Assembly: GCF_006345805.1 (NCBI RefSeq)
Contig: NC_043000.1
Location: 105,090,001 to 105,154,000, forward strand
Length of the DNA: 64,000 bases
Origin: Octopus sinensis
Lineage: Eukaryota
Direction: 5' to 3'
Shown here: positions 56,195-64,000 of the stretch, one piece after another
How positions within the stretch are numbered: position 1 is the first letter of the stretch
How the letters are laid out: the number at the start of each line of letters is the position of its first letter
Position numbers and translations under genes: made by a program
Notes under the pieces: model-generated
What the model saw: only the letters and a program-made list of their open reading frames with translations
Told to the model about the DNA's origin: nothing
Databases searched by the model: none

Positions 56195-57560
56195 AACATA
56201 CACATACACACACACATACTTACACACATACATACACACATACATATATACACACACGCATACACACATACATACATACGCACACACATACATACACACA
56301 CACATACATACACACACATATACGCACATACACATATACATACACACATGCATACACACACACATACATACGCACATGCATGCATACATACATACATACA
56401 TACATACACACACACATACACACATACACGTATGCACACATACACACACATACACGCATGCACACATACACACATACGCACACACACATACATACATACA
56501 CACACACACACACTTACACACATACACACATGCATACATACATACACACATACACACACATACATACATACATACATACACACATACATACACGCACGCA
56601 CACATACACACACACATACATACACTCATACGGACATACATACACACAGACATACACACATACACACTCACACATACATACACATACCTACATACACACT
56701 CGCATGCACACGCGCACACATGCATGCGCGCGCGCGCACACATACATACATGCATGCACGCATGCCTGTGGGGTCTGGCTTTATTTCGGGCGTACGTCGG
56801 AGCGTGTGCGTGTGTGCCTGTAGATTCGCATGCGCCCGCACCGCAAGAGTCTTTTCCATCAATCTTTCAGTTGCGAAGTGTGTCCTTGCATGCATATATA
56901 TACACACATATAAACATAGAAACACACATATAAACCCCTACATTTGTACACACACGCACATACATACATACATTCACTCCCACGCACGTACACACACACA
57001 TTTACATATATATACAATACACGCACACACACATACACATACGTACACACATATAAGCACAAACACACACATACATACGCACACCAAAACATGCGCACAC
57101 ATACGCACGCACACGCGCGAAAGAACCCCACAACCCCACGGATACACGCATATACATCCATTTACGCTTACACACACACACATACAAACGCACACACAAC
57201 TACACGCACATACATACACACGCATACGCACACACACACAAATGAACCCACACATACATCCCATACGGCACACAACCATACATACACGCACACACATACA
57301 TACACGCACATAATTATACATACGTATATATACACACACACGCACGTACAAGCACACACGCACACATACACTAAGTTAAGCACTGTTACTCGCCATACAC
57401 ACAAAAAAACGCACACGTACACACATAATACATATACACGCACACACACATACCTCCCACACCACTCCTTAATTCTACTACTGCCTGCTACTAGCCATTG
57501 TCCACCATACACACACTTACACACTTACACACACACACTTACACACGCACACTTGTCATC
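55860..57560. repeat. ~1.7-kb cryptic (CA)/(TACA)/(CACG) satellite
   Basis: Directly visible; produces the spurious 501-aa His/Thr ORF and Val/Cys ORFs. Confidence 0.95.
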
Positions 57561-57722
57561 TCGCACACCTTTTTACCATTCCTTCTTTGATATAGCTCTC
57601 TTGTTTTTAAAAACATTTTCCTCCATTTTTACCACTTCCGTCTTTTTAGTATGAGACCTCGTGAATACCACTGGCGATTTTTTTCCTCTGTCCTCCCGTC
57701 TCGGCATCTTTCCTTCTCCTAT

Positions 57723-57757
57723 GTTTCCGACGAATAGCTCCGCTCGAAACGTCAAAC
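57723..57757 (+). ncRNA. Hammerhead-like motif with an 8-nt variant core, in a TA-adjacent repeat (~57715-57855)
   Basis: GTTT-CCGACGAA-TAGC-TCC-GCTC-GAA-ACGT-C-AAAC; GUC triplet; stem I differs from the 41109 copy by a compensated pair. Confidence 0.4.
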
Positions 57758-57853
57758 CCTCCTCCTTCCCTTCTTTCCTGAGCGTCCAATAATACTTTAT
57801 TTGTTCCACATCCTTGCGTTGTTGTCTTTTTGTTTTCTTGTTTGGATTAACTT

Positions 57854-57901
<48 letters not shown>

Positions 57902-58231
57902 ATATATATATGCACATATGTACACGTAAGTATATAGGTATAGAGGTATGTTTGCATATATTGTCGTACATTGGTTTTAGAGATAGGATTGAGACTATGA
58001 GGCAGCAATGTCTTCAAGTGTTGTAGTTGGATATATCGAACCCATTTTGTACTTAATCGGTTTTGTAACATGCGAAATTTCGAAGTGAACTACTAGCGTC
58101 TTCATTCAGATAAAAATCGATTTTGTGATATCATGTTATTGATTGCATCAGACATGGAATATATGTGTATGTGTGTATGTATGTATGTTAGTATGTATGT
58201 ATGTATACTTCTATATGTATATGTATGTATG

Positions 58232-58274
<43 letters not shown>

Positions 58275-58513
58275 TGTGTGTGTTTATATGTGCGTATATG
58301 TATATATATATATATATAGTTATATGTGTGTGTGTGTGTGTAAGAAAAGACAATATTACATTGCTAATTAAATATTTTTTATTAAAAATATATAAATGCA
58401 TACAGAGCAATTGAACATGAAAGAAATACTTTAATTAACAACAAATACATGCACGTTTAGGTATATATGTGCCTGTGTCCGTGTGGGTGTAATGGTACTT
58501 ATATCTCCTCCCT

Positions 58514-58562
<49 letters not shown>

Positions 58563-58727
58563 CTTTTTCTTTATATATAAATCTATCCATATGTCTCTGT
58601 ATCAATACATGCATATCTATCTATCTATCTACCTAGCTATCTATCTAATATATACATATATAAATATATATAATATATACACATATATATATGCGTGTGT
58701 GTGTGTGTGCGTGCGTGCGTGTGTGTA

Positions 58728-58765
<38 letters not shown>

Positions 58766-58857
58766 TGTGTGTGTGTGTGCATGTGTGCATATGCGGAGGA
58801 ATACAGACGGCGAAACGCATTAATATATAAATGTATATATAAACTATATATTTATTT

Positions 58858-58897
<40 letters not shown>

Positions 58898-59244
58898 ATA
58901 TATAACAAGTATATACATATCAGTGGTGCGTGTGTATGCGGTGCAATTAGATATAAAGAATATGTGTATTTTTACTGCTGCCATTGTCGTTATTGCCGTT
59001 GTTTTTGTTTTCTCCTTTTGTTTCAATTTCTTGATATGCATGAAATTATTTTCATTAGTGCGCTGTATGAAAGGAGCATAAATATACATAGGCAGTCAAA
59101 AATAAGATACACACAGACACATGCATACTTTCTCTCTCACACACACACACATTCACATACACTTTCACACAAAAGAGAAGGACATTTTTGTTGTTTAAAA
59201 CGAGAAAAAAATCTCAAGACAAAGGAAAAACAAGCAACCAAAAC

Positions 59245-59330
59245 AAAATGTCCGCTGCGTGGTTAATCACGTATAAAGTCACGTGACATTCATTACGCAG
59301 CTTCCAACGTTGCGTTACGAGCTAGGCAGT
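59245..59330. promoter_or_regulatory. Possible promoter-like motif cluster
   Basis: Perfect palindrome GTCACGTGAC (59278-59287), TATAAAG just before it, a YY1-like caaaatgtccgc and locally retained CpGs in non-repetitive sequence. Confidence 0.25.
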
Positions 59331-60716
59331 AATCCTAAGAGCAACCGAAATTTTAGAAATGTTTTCTTGAAATCAATGAAAAATGCCTAGAAATGAAAGA
59401 AATACTATTTTTTTCCGATTCCATCTTTATTTTCTCCTTTTATTGAGCTAATTGTATTTATATATTTATTTATTCAGTTATTTATCGGTTCGACATTTTG
59501 AACGAAACTATTGCTGTATGTACCAAAACTTTAAGTTAGAATTGTACTGATTAGAATGACAAGTAACAATCGTTCAAATGAACTGGGCTGAAAGCATAAA
59601 CATGTCTGGTTTTAGCTGTACAAGACTGATACCTATCCACAAAGAACAGCAAAAACGAAATACTGAAATGTTATTATCACGTATAGACCATACAACCAGT
59701 ACAATGAGGCGGTTAACTTTATAATTTTGGCTGCCCTAAATGTGAATATATTTACAGACAGGATTGAGTAAGCCGCTGCGTCTGCTGGGCAAGTTACTGA
59801 AACTTCGACGTGAAGACAGATAAGTGATAAAAAACATGTATGAACCATAGTGTATGACAGCAACTTGGCCACAATCATCTGGAACTGGTACAAAAATGTC
59901 TGTACTCTGATAGGTACTTCGATCCTTTCTGACAAAAACATTGCCTAAAAGAATATTGGCAAACCATTTGTACAACACATACAAAGCACAAACACCAGGG
60001 AACAAAACAGTACACTCCACACTGCATAATCTACATAATCAACACCCAGAACTGAAATACATAACACCAATCAAACAGTACATATTCCCCTTAATGACCA
60101 CGGTACACTAAAACGCTTAACGCTAATCATACACAATCACCAGCCAACAAAATAACACAACTCTTAACGTACACTCTCTAACAACATAGCAAACCCCGCA
60201 ACATTGCAAAATAGATATAGTATACAAACGCAGTTCTATATCTCTAAAGCAAATATTTCAGGAACATGGTGTGGCACTAGGAGGCGTATAGAAGCTCGCA
60301 TAAAACTAGGATTATAATAAAAATAATTTGTTACATTGACATGATGCAGCAGATTTGGCATTAATGTTTTGCTAACAAGGATTGAAGATTTATGAAGATA
60401 TTCCTTCCGCCCGATGAAACACGAGACGAAAATGTTATAGGATGTTTGCGCCTGTAATGCATTAAATTCTTATTTAGATTTTATGGCTCTTAGCTTAATA
60501 CAAGTTATATATTACTAACTTTGTACTAAATACCGATTGATCAACAACTATAAACACGTTTGCGGAGAAGAAATCAAATCAGTGCCAGCCACGCAAATTT
60601 CGCACGAAACAGGACAAACTATACAAACGAAAAGGTTAAAGAAGAATACTTAGCTTGAAGTTTAGACGAAAAGTACGAAAAAAGAAGTAGGGAAAGTACT
60701 ATGTTGTCAGAAACGA

Positions 60717-60776
60717 ATAAATCTATATACAATAACAAATATTGAAAATTTTTGTAAAGGGTTGGTCTTTAGCCCC
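60717..60776 (+). pseudogene. Penelope-like ORF N-terminal motif relic
   Basis: Translates INLYTITNIENFCKGLVFSP, resembling the INLS...E..LL.KGL.F.P motif that precedes Penelope-type RT domains. Confidence 0.4.
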
Positions 60777-61200
60777 TAATACCTGCAAATAAGACAGAAA
60801 TGTCATCTATGGACAAGTATGTCATGTATGTTTTACATCTAAACAATCCACATAATGGAACTGCTACAATGTAGATGCATTTTCTCTTGAGAGAAAATAA
60901 ATCATTATCTGAAAGTTGTTCTCATTAGAGACACACTTGAAAACTAAAAAAAAGTATCAAGGCATAGGCATAGAACGCTTTGGAAGGGGAAAAAAGACGG
61001 CATAAAAATATAAACGAGAAATAAGCAATCAACAAGAATACTAAATCGAACATAAAATTATTAAAACTACACACACTGAAGACATAAATCAAAAAGATAG
61101 ACTTAGCACCGACAAAACTAACAAATAAAACAACGAAACGATACCCCCATCATACTAATAGCATATCGAGCAAAAGAGTTGAAAGATAATAATAATAATG

Positions 61201-61261
<61 letters not shown>

Positions 61262-62779
61262 CAACAATAAATAAGTAAATATATATTAGAAGCCTGACAA
61301 TATGTACACAACTGAATATTAGAAGGCTATATAAATATGATATATATAAGGTAGATCGAAAGATCAAAAGTTGGACATTTTGAATATGATAATAATCTAA
61401 AGGTGGGAAAACTTAAAGAATTAAATTCTATAAATCTTATATCTTGTGGCCCAATGAAAAACCCTATTAAAACTAGAACTTCACGATAAAACAGCTACAT
61501 TCAAGATTACAGATATGGTTAACTGGTTGAGAAGTTCGCTTCGTAACTATATATCCCCGGGTTCGATCTTACATTGCAACTTCCCGGTGAAGCGTTTTTT
61601 ACCATAGCTTTCGTTGACCAATTATCCTGAGCAGTAACTATCATGTGTGAGAGAGAGTGTTTGTGTGTATGGTGCATATGTGTATGTATACGTTTTTCGC
61701 CGATATATACCAGCGAAGAATGCTAGCATCGGCGGGAAAACTGGAAAAAAAGTGTACTTTCGAATAAAAAATGTCATTTATGAAATGTGTTCTGCCCAGC
61801 TACAACCATAAATGCAGTCAAACGTTGCTATTTTCACTAAATATAATATAAATCATAAAAATATAGAAATAATTATTTCGTAATATAAGCATAAGCCCAT
61901 AAACTTAGTGAGAGAAGTTAATCGATTTAATCGCCATGAGTACTTGACTGAGATTTTATTTGATCGACCCCAATAGAATGAAAAGCAAATTTGACTTCGG
62001 CAGGATATCAATGCAAAATGTAAGGAGCCGGCAAAAATACCGTGAAACATTTCGTTCAACACCCCTAACAATTCTGCCAATCCACCCCTCTAAATAAATT
62101 ATACAAATAATACCTAAAATATGTCATCATAAGCATATTGGAGAGTTGTGAACGCCAACGTTGCCAGCATAAAGTATATGCTATCTACTGTATTCATAAA
62201 GGGCAGGGGTCTATCTGTGTAAACTTTCTAATCCAGTATCATTGAAACCAAGCAAAACAGTGAAAAAGCAACACACAGAAGAGAATAGTAAAGGAAGAAA
62301 TAAAGAATACAAAAGCAAATAACAGACAAAAATGACTACCTGGAGTCAAAGCACACCTGCGTGATAAGTGAGCTTCGCTAAATTATAAATAATCTGTTCT
62401 TATGAAAAGTGCAGTGCGTTTTTCAACTACAGGAACTTTGTCTTCAACGGAAAACGATTTTATGACTAACTAGATAGAAACAGAATAGAAACTAATGAAG
62501 CGCTAAAAAGAGAAGTAGAAAAATTAGGGGAATAGTGTATGAACAATGACAGGATCGCCACAAGCAAGAATATTCAAAGCAACAAGCAACACCAGAAAAA
62601 AACTCTGAGAAAAATAACAGCCAAGAAAAATTATAGTGTGCCAAACTTATAGCTAAAATACCCAGAAGGTAGCAACAAAATACTTGCAAAGTTGTTCATT
62701 GATCTACTGATAGAACAAGAAAGAATATTTGAATTCTTCAGCAAGTTAAAACCACGCCTGAGGCATCTTCAATGCCCCC

Positions 62780-63890
62780 AAAACTACAGACGCACAATCT
62801 GCTTGATTAAAAATGACTAAATGTTAATATCAGTTGTATAATAAAGGGTACACGTTCTAGCCCTAACAAACGTATGTCCTGAGTAAAAATTCCCGATATG
62901 ACAGAGAAATGTCTTAGATAGAGAAGACATTTCATTCTCATAAGAGAATTAAACTGAAGATAAACTTACAAAGACTTAAGAATAAATTTACAAGATAGAC
63001 TACGACACAAAAGAAGACGGTTAAAAAGATCTAAAGACCAGCTGATGTTCAACAACTTAATAACTGAAGATTAAATAGTAAAAAGAGAAGTATTTAATCT
63101 TAGTGTGAGTGGACAGTGTTCTCCATGAATAAGATTCTGGATGAGCCAGGAGTAAAATAGTATCACTATCAAGGTGGTTCATCAAACCAGACACGAATAA
63201 ATAGAAGACGATTTCACAGTAAAAAAAAGGGGGTAGAGAGGATAAAAAAACCAAATCAATCCAAAAGATTAAAATTCCGAAGTAGCAATAGTCAGCTAAC
63301 TCATACTGGCAGATTTCTTCAAATCGCTAACTGGAAGCAACAGAGAATTAAAAAAAAAAAAAACTAAATGCGATGCACCAATTCAAAAGAAATTTGGCGA
63401 GAAATTTATTTTTAAAATCTTTGAATGTTATTTTGAACAGATGAGAGCTCACGAAAAAAATTCCCAATATGATATTAGATAGAGAAGACATTTCATTCTC
63501 ATAAGAGAATTTAACTGAAGATAAACTTACAAAGACTTCAGAATAAATTTACAAGATAGACTACGACACAATGTACAACACGCTAGGAAGAAATGCAACA
63601 GATGCGGAGATTAATATTGCGCTAAATTTATGAAATACAGTTAAATACCAACAATAAAGCAACAAATATCAGTAACAGAGCTGTTTTAATAATAGGATGT
63701 AGTTAGTCTTAATATGAAACTAATTGAGTTACCAAGACTAAGTGAGGAAACAAGAAAATAATTACATTATTTAGAATACATCACTCAAAAGCAAAAATTA
63801 TTTTTTTCAACAATGAACACATAGAGACCTTCCGCAACTAGAAAACTATTAGAAAATATCTACTTCAGAACTATAAAATTATCTAGTAAA
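62780..63890 (+). pseudogene. Highly decayed Penelope-like reverse transcriptase relic
   Basis: A-rich strand with ordered motif remnants: NL...KG..SP (~62795-62865), AIVS..LADF (~63288-63315), DVVSL (63696-63710), NYF.FNN (63796-63815, frameshifted) and ENIY (~63852). Confidence 0.45.
62914..63571 (+). repeat. 97-bp direct repeat with 2 mismatches (62914-63010 and 63475-63571)
   Basis: ttagatagagaagacatttcattctcataagagaatt.aactgaagataaacttacaaagactt.agaataaatttacaagatagactacgacacaa. Confidence 0.92.
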
Positions 63891-63934
63891 GAATAAAGAA
63901 AACCTAATTCAAAGAGGTACAAATTATGAACATA

Positions 63935-64000
63935 TAGGCGCAGGAGTAGCTTACTTACCAATCACATGGTTCCGGGTTCAGTTCCACTGCGTGGCACCTT
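63935..64000 (+). mobile_element. Head of SINE family B, cut by the window edge
   Basis: ggcgcaggagtagcttacttaccaatcacatggttccgggttcagttccactgcgtggcacctt, with an internal deletion in the head. Confidence 0.85.

Noticed and set aside
55808-57313. 501-aa ORF and overlapping 185-270-aa ORFs
   Set aside because: Translation of (CA)/(TACA) satellite; these repeats lack stop codons in several frames and no domain is present.
59740-59950. Possible GIY-YIG endonuclease relic (YIYR...CVC...SY)
   Set aside because: Motif spacing is wrong and the similarity is too weak to call by eye.
60411-60440. CCGATGA...GAAAATGTTA hammerhead-like remnant
   Set aside because: Stems I and II do not pair.

Overview
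A eukaryotic, very AT-rich window saturated with microsatellites, with no convincing host exon. The SINE repertoire and compound (TA)/(CA)/(TACA)/(TAGA)/(TAA) tracts point to a coleoid cephalopod, most likely Octopus (inference), and probably an intron or intergenic DNA. Almost every listed ORF is a microsatellite or SINE artefact. Real coding relics are all transposon-derived: a full-length but disabled Tc1-like element (34571-35843, 29-bp TIRs, DD36E spacing), two mariner 5' fragments, a decayed hAT (Charlie/Buster-type) transposase, two R4/Dong-like RLE-LINE fragments and weak Penelope-like RT relics. Non-autonomous elements include at least three tRNA-derived SINE families, a hAT MITE nested in a SINE and a Lep1-like Helitron derivative. 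The standout is a ~345-bp head-to-tail array of about 2.8 units (10597-11895). Each unit carries a type I hammerhead-ribozyme fold with the palindromic helix III (GAAACGCGUC) typical of Penelope-associated and retrozyme hammerheads, and an unusual U3:A8 core that looks compensatory. This is a candidate self-cleaving, circular-RNA-producing non-LTR retrozyme. Several other hammerhead-like motifs lie in small TA-flanked or fold-back elements. All calls were made by eye; no searches or folding programs were run.
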